Below, piece after piece: positions 1 to 9,130 of a stretch of 64,000 bases of DNA. A model generated the notes under the pieces. That model was not told the DNA's origin. It saw only the letters and a program-made list of their open reading frames with translations, and made no database searches. Source of the DNA: Anaerolineae bacterium (GTDB lineage: Bacteria > Chloroflexota > Anaerolineae > UBA1429); NCBI GenBank assembly GCA_963675785.1, contig OY776562.1, forward strand, positions 864,001 through 928,000, in the 5' to 3' direction. The position numbers and the translations under genes were made by a program. The stretch's first letter is position 1, and every line of letters begins with the position of its first letter.

Positions 1-401
1 ACGCCGCGGCCTGCGCTGAGATGGGCATGGGCTGTGTGGAGATCAGCCACGCGGTGGGGGAGATGGAAGGTTTGCCCGCGGGCGAAGGGGCGTTCATGCC
101 GATGGCGCGGGTGGTGCGCCGGGCGATGCCGGCGAATACTGAACTGGCGCTGGTGAAGGGCTTTGCTACGCTAGAAGGGATGGAGGCGGCGCTGAGCGAG
201 GGCGTGGTGCAGATGATCAGCATGTGCCAACCGCTGATTGCCGAGCCGGACCTGCCGAACAAGCTGATGCGGGGCGAGACGACCAAGGCGGCCTGCGTGC
301 GCTGTAAACAGTGCTGGCCCAAGGACCCGTTGGGGACGGTGGGGTGCCGGAATGCGGGCGTGCGGCGCAAGCTGGGATTGGCGCCTTTGAAAGAAACGTA
401 A
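1..401 (+). CDS. NADH:flavin oxidoreductase (Old Yellow Enzyme family), 3' part, truncated by window edge
   Basis: C-terminal motif SMCQPLIAEPDLPNKL followed by CVRCKQC, typical of OYE-like flavoproteins; the frame is open to the window start. Confidence 0.7.
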   Translation, partial: AAACAEMGMGCVEISHAVGEMEGLPAGEGAFMPMARVVRRAMPANTELALVKGFATLEGMEAALSEGVVQMISMCQPLIAEPDLPNKLMRGETTKAACVRCKQCWPKDPLGTVGCRNAGVRRKLGLAPLKET

Positions 402-528
402 GCATCTGGCTGGAGGGGCTTGTGTGAGCGAACAGTATACTGAGAATACTTGTTGCTATAAAGTTAGTATATCAAGTATTTTGCTCATTGGAATTGACAA
501 GGGATATGTTGAGTAGGGTGGGACGACT

Positions 529-879
529 TTGAAGCACACCATGAGCTTGTACGCCGAGCCTTTTGAGCGGGTGAAGCGCGGCGAGAAGACAAGGGAATAC
601 CGGCTGTATGACGAAAAGCGGCAGAAAGTCAGGGTTGGCGATACGATCACGTTTTATAGGCTGCCGGACAAGGCGGAGAGCGTGACGGTGGTGGTAAAGG
701 GGCTGCGGCGTTATGCGGACTGGCACAGTTGCTATGCCGAGTTCTTTGAGGCGGATTTGAGCGAGTGCTATGGAAGCATCGAGGAGGCGGTGCAGGCCAC
801 TTACGACCATTGGTGGCCCAAGGAGAAGGAAGAAGAGTACGGCTGCCTGGTGATGGAGATCGAGAGGGTGGGGGCGTGA
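529..879 (+). CDS. ASCH/PUA-like domain protein
   Basis: MSLYAEPFERVKRGEKTREYRLYDEKRQKVRVGDTITF matches the ASCH GxKxxExR motif. Confidence 0.85.
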   Translation: MKHTMSLYAEPFERVKRGEKTREYRLYDEKRQKVRVGDTITFYRLPDKAESVTVVVKGLRRYADWHSCYAEFFEADLSECYGSIEEAVQATYDHWWPKEKEEEYGCLVMEIERVGA

Positions 880-971
880 GGCAAGAGGGGAAGGTCATCG
901 CTGTGTTGGACAAGCGCGGCGAAAGGAATCGTACAAGGGCCTGCTGAGGGGCGCGGTGGGCGTGTAAGGAA

Positions 972-1058
972 AGCATCGGGCTGGACCCGCGCCAGTAGAC
1001 TGGCGTTGGCTATGGCTGCAAACCTTATCCTACGGGCAAGCTCGGTAGGTGTAGGTGG
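972..1058. repeat. ~87 bp structured intergenic repeat, copy 1
   Basis: agcatcgggctggacccgcgccagtagactggcgttggctatggctgcaaaccttatcctacgggcaagctcggtaggtgtaggtgg; near-identical to 1142-1228. Confidence 0.9.
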
Positions 1059-1141
1059 GTTGCGTTTGTGGTTTAGGTGCTGTTGTGCGCCTGGAGTTCA
1101 GAGCGGGCTTCCGGCATACGCTGTGGAACGTAGCGCCATAG

Positions 1142-1228
1142 AGCATCAGGCTGGACCCGCGCCAGCAGACTGGCGTTGGCTATGGTTGCAAACCTTGCCC
1201 TGCGGGCAAGCTCGGTAGGTGTAGGTGG
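1142..1228. repeat. ~87 bp structured intergenic repeat, copy 2
   Basis: Direct repeat of 972-1058 with a few substitutions; hairpins cgccag-caga-ctggcg and ttgccc-tgc-gggcaa. Confidence 0.9.
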
Positions 1229-1382
1229 ACGCTTTAGGTGGCATAGTTTGCGCGGTGTGGCGACGGTTAGATTTGAACTAGTGATCAAGGGTGTAAGGCT
1301 TGCTTTGGTTTGCAGATGAGTAGAGAAAATAGCAACGTCTCTGACCAAGCTGATAATGCTTAAACTGACACTAGTGCTGTTT

Positions 1383-2222
1383 CTACCTAAGCTCTAGTCG
1401 GAATCCAGGGATGGCACTTGATCTATCCTTGTGTACAGTTTGATCATTTGGAATATGGAGTTCAAAGTCTTTTTCGTACGTTCTCCCAAGAGTCACGATT
1501 ATTATTTTGCCACTGTGCTTAGAATGTTTGAGCTCTAAATCATAGTGATACTCATCCATATACGGCTGATCACCTAAATATACAGACATCCTATCATTCC
1601 AGAGATAGTATTCATCCTTCTTTTTATCTTGTTTATCATTGTCTGATTCGTTCTTGTCGTAGGGCTGTACAGCCACGTATACAGTGCGAGTAACCCCTTG
1701 TGGAATATCTATCTCGTGCTGAATGAAACTAAAACGAAAGTCATGGCGTTCCCCCGGAATCCTGTCAGGGTCGTTAATTTGTGGTGCTACAGCCCCATTC
1801 CATCGTCCGGGAATCCCCTCCTTATCAGAATAGTCCTGATAGGATTTAACGCCGTCTTTTTTCTTAGGGCCAGTGTCGTTGCGTTTTTCAGAAAGAGTGT
1901 CATCAAACTGAAAATACACGCGACAAGACATGGCTGGCTCACGATCAAAGAATAGGGCCAGAAAATCACCCATCTTGGGATTACTTACTTGAAAACCGAC
2001 GTAGATGGAACCTGATTCTTGATCAAGATACTGCCGAAGTTCCTTTGGCTCTAGTGCTCCTGATAGCTCCAGTGGCTCGATCTTTAGTTTTGCTTTCCGT
2101 TTTCTTTCTACAAGCCAAAGCACGATAAAACTGCCAACGAGACCGCCACCTACCTGCATAATCACATCGTATATTACGCTATCATACAACTGTATAAGGT
2201 GCATAAGCCATATTATTGCCAT
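1383..2222 (-). CDS. Hypothetical membrane-anchored protein, AT-rich
   Basis: 279 aa ORF with an N-terminal hydrophobic helix (VGGGLVGSFIVLWLV) followed by a basic stretch; visibly lower GC than its neighbours; no family recognised. Confidence 0.7.
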   Translation of the reverse strand: MAIIWLMHLIQLYDSVIYDVIMQVGGGLVGSFIVLWLVERKRKAKLKIEPLELSGALEPKELRQYLDQESGSIYVGFQVSNPKMGDFLALFFDREPAMSCRVYFQFDDTLSEKRNDTGPKKKDGVKSYQDYSDKEGIPGRWNGAVAPQINDPDRIPGERHDFRFSFIQHEIDIPQGVTRTVYVAVQPYDKNESDNDKQDKKKDEYYLWNDRMSVYLGDQPYMDEYHYDLELKHSKHSGKIIIVTLGRTYEKDFELHIPNDQTVHKDRSSAIPGFRLELR

Positions 2223-2497
2223 TTGCAGCCTCCTTTTAGACGGTCTAGGGTGATATTTTTGGTAATGGTTACATATCTCCTACTCATTGAGCTTGTTGAG
2301 ATCATAACGACTATAGCTCAATCGCACCTTATTCGAACTGCTCAAAAAACAACATCTATAGGTAGTATTATCTGTTTACAATAATACTAGAATCTTGGTC
2401 GTTCATCAATGAAAAACAAGATAAAAGCTCTGCCGAACTGATAACAAGAAGGGATCAGACGCAGGTTAAAGCTTGCGTTGAAGTTGGCCTTTTCAAG

Positions 2498-2580
2498 GCA
2501 TCAGGCTGAACCCGCGCCAGCAGACGGCGTTGGCTACGGTGCAAAACTTGTCCTATGGGCAAACTTGGAGGGCTAGGTGT
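2498..2580. repeat. ~87 bp structured intergenic repeat, degenerate copy 3
   Basis: gcatcaggctgaacccgcgccagcagacggcgttggctacggtgcaaaacttgtcctatgggcaaacttggagggctaggtg; same orientation as copies 1 and 2. Confidence 0.85.
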
Positions 2581-2598
2581 GAGTTAATGTGGTTTGAT

Positions 2599-3498
2599 CT
2601 AGTCCGCCAACTCGCGGTCGAGGGCAGAGATGCTGGTCGTTAGTTCCTGCGACCACCAATCGCCGCCCTCGATGGTGTCGGCAATGGCGAGAGCTTGCTG
2701 ATAGGCCTCTCTGGCTTGCTTGTAGCTGTACTGGGCGCTGTACACATAGCCCATACCGCTGAGCGCAATCATCTCGCCCTCCTGATAGCCCACCTCGCGG
2801 GCGATTTCCAGCGCCTGCTGGTAGGTTTCCAGGGCATCGGTGTATTTGCTAGAACTGCTGAATGCTCCGGCGGTGCTGTTGAGGATTATCGCCTCGCCAA
2901 CCCTGTCATCCTCTTGGCGGGCAATGGCGAGGGCCTGGTCGTAGGCTTCGAGGGCCCTGCGATACTGGCTCTGGCGTTGATAAGTAATGCCGATGGCGGT
3001 GAGAATGCGCCCCTCGGTCGCTGGAGGGTAAACCTCGCGGACGATAGTGAGGATCTGTTTGTAGCTTTCCAGGGCCTCGTCAAGCTTGTCTTGCATCTCG
3101 TACACAGAGGCAGTGTTCAAAAGCGCTGTTGCCTCGTCCATCTGGTTTTCTGACTCGCGAGCAAGGGTTAGGGCACTTTGGTAGTAGGCTAGGGCTAGGC
3201 GGTAGTGTTCTTGTTCATAGGCGTCATAGCCCTGGATCATGATATCCGCAAAGGTGTCGTTTGTTGTGGTGATGGAGATGGTGAAGGTGATGAGTTGGTC
3301 GAGCCTATCGCTTATCCAGTCCAAAGGGTGGAGGTGGAGATCTGCGGCCATCAATCCCAGGAACATAAGTGCGCAAATGGCACCGTTAATGATGATTCTT
3401 TTAAGAATCTCTGACTTGTGGCTCCAGCAGAATCTCCCTAACAGGGCTCGTTTTTGGCATCTATCGCCATTGCTGGTTACGTGCTGGCATTGAGCCAT
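2599..3498 (-). CDS. Tetratricopeptide-repeat membrane protein with N-terminal Cys/His finger
   Basis: N-terminal CQHVTSNGDRC...FCWSH, a TM helix, then ~40 aa TPR units (ALEAYDQALAIARQ, ALETYQQALEIARE). Confidence 0.85.
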   Translation of the reverse strand: MAQCQHVTSNGDRCQKRALLGRFCWSHKSEILKRIIINGAICALMFLGLMAADLHLHPLDWISDRLDQLITFTISITTTNDTFADIMIQGYDAYEQEHYRLALAYYQSALTLARESENQMDEATALLNTASVYEMQDKLDEALESYKQILTIVREVYPPATEGRILTAIGITYQRQSQYRRALEAYDQALAIARQEDDRVGEAIILNSTAGAFSSSSKYTDALETYQQALEIAREVGYQEGEMIALSGMGYVYSAQYSYKQAREAYQQALAIADTIEGGDWWSQELTTSISALDRELAD

Positions 3499-3629
3499 TA
3501 TCTACCTCTGGGTGTATTGCCGTTGAGGTTCGGGCAATCTTTGTACTATGCGGCCATAATACCAGAGGTCTGTTCATTCATCAACAAAAAACGAGAAAAA
3601 GATATGCTGGCTTGTAGGGGGCTCGAAGA

Positions 3630-3657
3630 GAGCCCCTTTCTAGTAAGAAAGGGGCTT
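3630..3657. terminator. Stem-loop downstream of the MFS gene
   Basis: agcccctttct-agta-agaaaggggct perfect 11 bp stem; weak U-tract. Confidence 0.5.
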
Positions 3658-3683
3658 GGGGGTGAATTAGGATTTGGCTCTCA

Positions 3684-4988
3684 TCAAACTCGGGCTTTGT
3701 CGTCCTCCAATTGGCGGATGTGACGGTTGCGGTACCAAAAGATGCCTGCCGTGGACCCCAGAATGCTGGTGCAGAGGAACATGACGGCCATGCCGCTGCC
3801 GGATCCGGTGCCGACTAGTTTATGCAAAAAGGCGACAATGGGCGAGGCACTGTTGGCCATGAGGGGCTCAAAGACGTAATCGGCGAGGGCGCCGCCGAGC
3901 AGGATGCCGAGGGGAATGGTGAAATACTGCAGGGCGTTGCGCACGGCAAAGACGCGGCCCTGCATTTCTTGGGGGATGGTGTTATACATCAACACATTTA
4001 GACCTGCGCTGATAAAGGGGATGGGGATACTCGCCGCCAGCGCGGCCACGATCCACACGAAAGTGCTTTGCCCCAGGCCCATGAGCAGGTCGCCAAACAG
4101 AAAGGAAATGGCCGCCGAGGCATAGATGAGCTTGACCTTGCTGCGAGGCAGGCGTCCCGTGGAGACGATGAGGCCGCCGAGGACGCCGCCCAAGCCGAGA
4201 ACGCCGCTGACGATGCCCAGCACGGTATCCTGCCCGCCGCTACGAGCGAGGATCATGGCGGGGAGGATGTTCTCGTAGGTGAGACGAGAAAAGAAATTCA
4301 GCATGGCCATGCTGAGCATGAGATAAAGCAAGCCCTTGTGCTGGCCGAGAAAGGCAAAGCCCTCTTTGCAACCACGCAGAACGCCCGAAGGCTTGCTCTC
4401 ACGAGGCTTGCGAGACTCGGGAATCTTGATGAGCAAAAGCAGGGCGGTAAAGGCAAAGACAAAGGTGGCCATATCGATGAAAAGAACGCCCCTGAGCCCC
4501 CAAAAGGAACTGACAAAAGCTGCCAGCATGGGTGTGACGACTGCAATCAGCGAGCTGGAAAAGGAGTTCAAGCCGCTTACCCGGGCGTATTTTTCTTTGG
4601 GCACCATCATGCCGACGGATACGGCGGCGGCAGGGGATTGAAAGGCGTTCATCAAGCCGGTGATGGTGTTGACGATATAGATGTGCCAGATCTCTAGCCT
4701 GCCAGAGGCGAGTAGAATGAGAACTGCGATGGAACAAACAGCGGCAATGGAATCTGCCCAGAGCATGATGGGCTTTTTGCGGTGGGCATCGACAAATGAT
4801 CCGGCAAAGAGGCTGACCAGAATGAACGGCAGGTAGGAGAAGAAGGTAAGCAGCGATACCGCCATAGCGGAATTTGTCTGCTTGTAGGCCCAGATGATCA
4901 AAGCAAAGCTGGTCATGGAGCTGCCGAGCTGCGAGACGGACTGGCTGAGCCAAAAGAGGATATAGTTTTTGTTGTTAACCATTCTCAT
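3684..4988 (-). CDS. MFS transporter, MefA-like (drug:H+ antiporter-3) family
   Basis: FWLSQSVSQLGSSMTSFALIIW start, multiple TM helices, IPQEMQGRVFA motif. Confidence 0.85.
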   Translation of the reverse strand: MRMVNNKNYILFWLSQSVSQLGSSMTSFALIIWAYKQTNSAMAVSLLTFFSYLPFILVSLFAGSFVDAHRKKPIMLWADSIAAVCSIAVLILLASGRLEIWHIYIVNTITGLMNAFQSPAAAVSVGMMVPKEKYARVSGLNSFSSSLIAVVTPMLAAFVSSFWGLRGVLFIDMATFVFAFTALLLLIKIPESRKPRESKPSGVLRGCKEGFAFLGQHKGLLYLMLSMAMLNFFSRLTYENILPAMILARSGGQDTVLGIVSGVLGLGGVLGGLIVSTGRLPRSKVKLIYASAAISFLFGDLLMGLGQSTFVWIVAALAASIPIPFISAGLNVLMYNTIPQEMQGRVFAVRNALQYFTIPLGILLGGALADYVFEPLMANSASPIVAFLHKLVGTGSGSGMAVMFLCTSILGSTAGIFWYRNRHIRQLEDDKARV

Positions 4989-5046
4989 AGGTTTCTCCCT
5001 TGATAGTTTCGTTTAGCGAGGGGACTATCAAGTACAAAACCTAATG
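4986..5046 (-). promoter_or_regulatory. Hairpin sequestering the MFS ribosome-binding site and start codon (translational attenuator)
   Basis: Minus strand: cattaggttt..ttgatagt pairs with actatcaa-gggag-aaacctatg. Confidence 0.65.
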
Positions 5047-5091
5047 CGGACGATGGTGTGGTTTACTCTCTGTAAGGGCATCGCCCAGGCA

Positions 5092-5148
5092 TTAGGCCCT
5101 GTACAGAGAATGATTGGCGTAGATGCGGATAAGAACTGGTGCTGGCAT
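5092..5148 (-). CDS. Putative 18-aa leader peptide MPAPVLIRIYANHSLYRA
   Basis: Strong SD aaaggaggt a few nt before ATG; its 3' end forms the left arm of hairpin tctctgta-c-agggc...gccct-tacagaga; not in the ORF track. Confidence 0.65.
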   Translation of the reverse strand: MPAPVLIRIYANHSLYRA

Positions 5149-5277
5149 GGTGATTACCTCCTTTCGTTGACTGGTGCGTACAGTATGGCAACAAAGGCGA
5201 CATCTGCCAAAATGGGGAGATAACGACGGGGCCGATCTGTATAGATCGGCCCCGTGAAGGTGTTGACGATGAGTGTA

Positions 5278-6510
5278 CTAATCCACCTGACCGATGACCA
5301 AGAGCCAATCCTCACCCGTGGGTGCGGAGAGGGTGTCTTGGGTGATCCACTCGCCGGTGCGGGGATCGACGCGGTGAATGCGAGCACCAGCCGGGGCGGC
5401 GGTTGCGACGAGTTCCAGCTGGCCGCCGAGGGGCAGATAGGCGACGAGCAAGCCAGCAGGCGTACGGGCCAGGGATACCCAGGTTTCCAAAGCACTCTCA
5501 CCTGGTTGGAGGGCGAGCAGCTCTGGCGCGGGGCGCAACTGCGGCCAGGGCAGCTTGTCCATGATGTCTACCATGACCGACATGGAGGCGATGCCGGGCG
5601 TTTCTAGGCCTTGGCGCCATTGGGGTGCCACCCAAAAGTCGCTGTGGCCCTCGGCGTGTTCGCCTTCGGTCGCGGCCCACACCCAGATGGCGTTGTTGCC
5701 ATAGGTGATGCCGGCGGTGGGTGCTTGCAGCAGCGACCAATAGGAAGCGCGACGGACTGCATAATCTGTGAACTGGCGACCACCACCATAGCCATAGGCG
5801 AACTCGTAGTTGGGTTCCAGGTTGATAAAGGGTTTGGCGATGCGGCGCCAGGCCGAGCTGTAATCGCCCTGCAACAGGAACTCGAGGTCTTGGGGACGGC
5901 TGCCGTGGCCGCTCTGGATGCCCACAAAGGAATACCAGGGCTCGGCGGCGAAACTATCGCCCACCCAACTGAGGCCGCAGGGGTGCATGGTGACGATCTG
6001 CTCGGGGGCATCGGCAAAGATGCCGCGGCCGATGGCCGACCAGCGCTCGACTGCCTCGGGGGATTCGTAATTGCCATCGCCTGCGAGAATCCAAACGATC
6101 TCGCCATCGCCCCAGCGCTGGAGCATGTGGCGGCCCAGGGTGATGCAGTGTTCCTCAGAGAGGGTCTGGCCCGGGCAGGTTGGCGTGTTGGCCCAGAGCA
6201 TGACCGGCGCCGGGACCATGCCGTATTCACGGATCAGCGCTATCCAGCGATCGAGATGGGCCAGCGCAGCCTCATTGATGATCAGTTCGCCATCTTTGAT
6301 GCTGTAGGTGACCCCAGCGAGCGGTGCACTACAACCCCGCCATTGGGTGGCCACGAACTGGATGACGGTAAAGCCCTGACGGGCGCGCAGAGACAGGTAA
6401 TCGTGCCAGGCGGGTTCATCAGCGCGAAGGGCGGTGTTCCAGGCGGTATCGGCCAACCAGAAGAGAGGCTTGCCGTCGTCTCGCGTGAAAAAGGTGTCGG
6501 CTATGCGCAT
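5278..6510 (-). CDS. DUF4038 / apiosidase-like (GH140-related) protein
   Basis: DGKPLFWLADTAW, RARQGFTVIQ, WILAGD, KPFINLEPNYE, VRRASYWSLL, GITYG motifs. Confidence 0.8.
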   Translation of the reverse strand: MRIADTFFTRDDGKPLFWLADTAWNTALRADEPAWHDYLSLRARQGFTVIQFVATQWRGCSAPLAGVTYSIKDGELIINEAALAHLDRWIALIREYGMVPAPVMLWANTPTCPGQTLSEEHCITLGRHMLQRWGDGEIVWILAGDGNYESPEAVERWSAIGRGIFADAPEQIVTMHPCGLSWVGDSFAAEPWYSFVGIQSGHGSRPQDLEFLLQGDYSSAWRRIAKPFINLEPNYEFAYGYGGGRQFTDYAVRRASYWSLLQAPTAGITYGNNAIWVWAATEGEHAEGHSDFWVAPQWRQGLETPGIASMSVMVDIMDKLPWPQLRPAPELLALQPGESALETWVSLARTPAGLLVAYLPLGGQLELVATAAPAGARIHRVDPRTGEWITQDTLSAPTGEDWLLVIGQVD

Positions 6511-6513
6511 GGC

Positions 6514-7239
6514 TTATTCGGCCCCGTAGCGTTCAAAGAAGGAAGCCACCGATTTAACGATCTTGTCCATGTACATGAGCGGTGTATGGGGAGCGCCCTC
6601 CAGGGTGAGCAGCTCGCAAGGCACGCCGAGTTGTTCCAGACGGGCTAACAAGCGGGTGCTGTTGGCATAATCGACCAGTTGATCGGCGGTGCCGTGCACG
6701 GTAAAGGTGGGCGGATAGGACGAGGTGATTTCGCCTACCATAAAGCCAGGTGCCGGGCTGCCCCACAAGTTGGCTATGGCAGCGATATCTTGCTCAAGGG
6801 CGCCAAGGCTGACGGCGGTCATACCACCGGCCGAGCCACCGCCGACATAGATGCGCTGGGGATCGACGTGCAGGCGCTCGGCGTTCTTGCGCAGCCAGGC
6901 CAAGGCCGCACGGCAATCGGTTACGGCGTCTTTGAGGGCCTCGAAACGCACAATGTCGGTCTGTTCACGCACGCGGTAATCGGGGGCGACGCAGACATAG
7001 CCCAGCTTGGCAAAATCGCCGCAGAGCCAGGGGACATAGATTTGATGGCGGTCGTTGCCATAAGCAAAGCCACCACCGTGAATCCACATGACGGCGGGGC
7101 GCAGGGCGTCGGTCTCTTTTTCGGGCAGATAGACATCGAGATGCAGCGTCTCTTGTTCACCTTTAAAGTTGGTGACAGTGCTAAAAGGAATGGCTGCCTC
7201 GGAGGGTTCATGGTGCGGCGGTTGGATTCGTGGGTCCAT
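6514..7239 (-). CDS. Alpha/beta-hydrolase esterase (HSL/BD-FAE-like)
   Basis: HGGGF, GGSAGG nucleophile elbow, HGTAD and GAPH. Confidence 0.9.
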   Translation of the reverse strand: MDPRIQPPHHEPSEAAIPFSTVTNFKGEQETLHLDVYLPEKETDALRPAVMWIHGGGFAYGNDRHQIYVPWLCGDFAKLGYVCVAPDYRVREQTDIVRFEALKDAVTDCRAALAWLRKNAERLHVDPQRIYVGGGSAGGMTAVSLGALEQDIAAIANLWGSPAPGFMVGEITSSYPPTFTVHGTADQLVDYANSTRLLARLEQLGVPCELLTLEGAPHTPLMYMDKIVKSVASFFERYGAE

Positions 7240-7253
7240 AGCAGATGCTCCTT

Positions 7254-8372
7254 TCAGGCCATGCGCTGCCAGCCCATACGTCCCGGTTCTCGGGGAGGCA
7301 GGCCCAGCAGTTCACGTCCCAAGTCTACATAATACCGATAGTTTTCAATGGGTACGCCATTGGGAATGCGATGATCGAGGCCAAAGACCATGCCGCCATG
7401 CTGCATGAGCGGCTGTGTTTTGTATTCCAGCTCACGGCGGATGTCTTCGCGCGTGCCGCGCAGGGCCATCTTGTCGAGGCCCCCTTTGAAGGCGATGGTT
7501 TGGCCGTAACGCTGGCGAAGCTGTACCACGTCCATACCGGCGGCGGGCTCGCAGGGGTAAAAGACGGTGACACCACCAGCGATAAAGGCATCGATGACGG
7601 GAGCCATATTGCCGTCGGAATCCTGTTGAAAGATGCGCGTGCCTCGGCTGGAGAGCAGATCCCAAATGGCCCGGTAATAGGGGACGATCCAACGGTTGAC
7701 CTGCCTGGGGCCCACGAGCGGCCCGGACTTGCCGGCCATATCCTCGTGCACGGCCAGTTGATCGATGGTGACGACCTCTGATATCTGCTCGAGCACGCGC
7801 AACGAAGTTTCGGTCAGGGTTTGCATGATGTCGGCCATGAGTTCGGGCTGTTCGTAATAAGAAAGGCAGGCGACCACTTCGCCCATCAGCTCTCGGGGGA
7901 TATCAAAGCCACCGGGGATATCGGCTGTGACCATGACCCCGTGCTTTTGAGCCTCGCGCGCCTTTTCCACCCGCTCCCAATCGATGCGCTCATCACGATA
8001 CGTAAAATAGGGCTTGATCTCGAGCCAGCTATCCATGTCTGTGACAGGAAAATCTTGCGGAAGCGCAATGGTGGCGCGGCCTTTGGGCAGTTTTGTGGTT
8101 CGACCCAGGTGGTCACGGATGAGTTGGTATTCGGCGGTATCCTCCAAGGTAACGGGATCGGGTGTGCCAAAGGGGCCGGTATCGCCACCACAAGCGATGC
8201 GCGGCACGTAATCCCAATCAAAGGCGATCATGTCGATCTCGTCTTGCGAGGCACCCTGAGCGCGCCATTCTTCGGGCAAGCCGATTAGAGGGCCAAAGAG
8301 TTCGACAAACATCTGCCGCTCGCTGCCGCCAAAGGTCATCAGGCTGATATATTCTTCGCGCGTCCAACGCAC
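7254..8372 (-). CDS. Uroporphyrinogen decarboxylase-family (URO-D/MtaA-like) protein
   Basis: EDMAGKSGPLVGP, DSDGN, GGLDK, LDHRIP motifs. Confidence 0.85.
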   Translation of the reverse strand: MRWTREEYISLMTFGGSERQMFVELFGPLIGLPEEWRAQGASQDEIDMIAFDWDYVPRIACGGDTGPFGTPDPVTLEDTAEYQLIRDHLGRTTKLPKGRATIALPQDFPVTDMDSWLEIKPYFTYRDERIDWERVEKAREAQKHGVMVTADIPGGFDIPRELMGEVVACLSYYEQPELMADIMQTLTETSLRVLEQISEVVTIDQLAVHEDMAGKSGPLVGPRQVNRWIVPYYRAIWDLLSSRGTRIFQQDSDGNMAPVIDAFIAGGVTVFYPCEPAAGMDVVQLRQRYGQTIAFKGGLDKMALRGTREDIRRELEYKTQPLMQHGGMVFGLDHRIPNGVPIENYRYYVDLGRELLGLPPREPGRMGWQRMA

Positions 8373-8517
8373 GTCAGGTCTCCTTGTTCATTGACACTGC
8401 CAGTATACGCATTCCTACGGATGAATGCGAGAGCATATGCATCGTGCTCTTCCATTGACAGTAAGGGGGGCGGCAATCTATTATAGGAGTAGCATCATCG
8501 AGAGATGGAGGTCAATC

Positions 8518-9105
8518 ATGGTCGGTCGTGTTATCAAGCCGGATAGCAAGTACGGCACCAAGATGATTATCAACACCCTGTTGATTTTCGTCTTTTTCGT
8601 GTTCCCCTGGGCATTGATGGGGCTGATCCCAGATCTCGGCTGGATCTTTTTCATCATCTATGCCATTTGCTCTTTTGTTGTGATGCTCATGTGCTTTGCG
8701 CTCATCTATTTTTACGTGCCGACGATCTCGTACGAGATTGGCGACCAGGATGTCATCGTGCGCAAAGGGTTGATCACACGCACAGAGCAGGTGGTGCCCT
8801 ATCGCACCATCACTAATGTGGACGTCAAGCGGGGGCTCATCGAACGCTGGATGGGACTAGGGTCGATTGTGCTGCATACGGCGGGCTACAGCCAGACGGC
8901 GGAAGCCGAAGGACGCCTGGCGGGCCTGGCCAACTATGAAGAAGTTCGCGCCGGCGTGCTGGAAGCCCTGCGTCAGTACCGGGGTGGTGTTGAGGGGGCT
9001 ATTTCGCCCACTGTGGGAATGTCTGCCTCGGGCGGTGCCACGCTGGACGACGTGGTGGCCGAGTTGCAGGCGCTACGTGCGTTGTTGGAAAAACAAAGTA
9101 AGTGA
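8518..9105 (+). CDS. Bacterial PH-domain (bPH_2) membrane protein
   Basis: Two TM helices, then VRKGLITRTEQVVPYRTITNVDVKRGLIERWMGLG; SD ggagg before ATG 8518. Confidence 0.85.
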   Translation: MVGRVIKPDSKYGTKMIINTLLIFVFFVFPWALMGLIPDLGWIFFIIYAICSFVVMLMCFALIYFYVPTISYEIGDQDVIVRKGLITRTEQVVPYRTITNVDVKRGLIERWMGLGSIVLHTAGYSQTAEAEGRLAGLANYEEVRAGVLEALRQYRGGVEGAISPTVGMSASGGATLDDVVAELQALRALLEKQSK

Positions 9106-9130
9106 AGCACACGAATGATACGGAGCATCT

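Noticed and set aside
972-2580. Repeats as a CRISPR array or integron attC sites
   Set aside because: Units are ~87 bp with irregular spacing, and no cas or intI gene is present. The AAC...GTT pair is only ~17 nt apart and is not conserved in all copies.
5611-6648. Long antisense or alternative-frame ORFs (e.g. 5611-6648, 15455-16558, 34085-34993, 51479-52315)
   Set aside because: They are shadows of well-supported genes in GC-rich DNA and carry no recognisable motifs.
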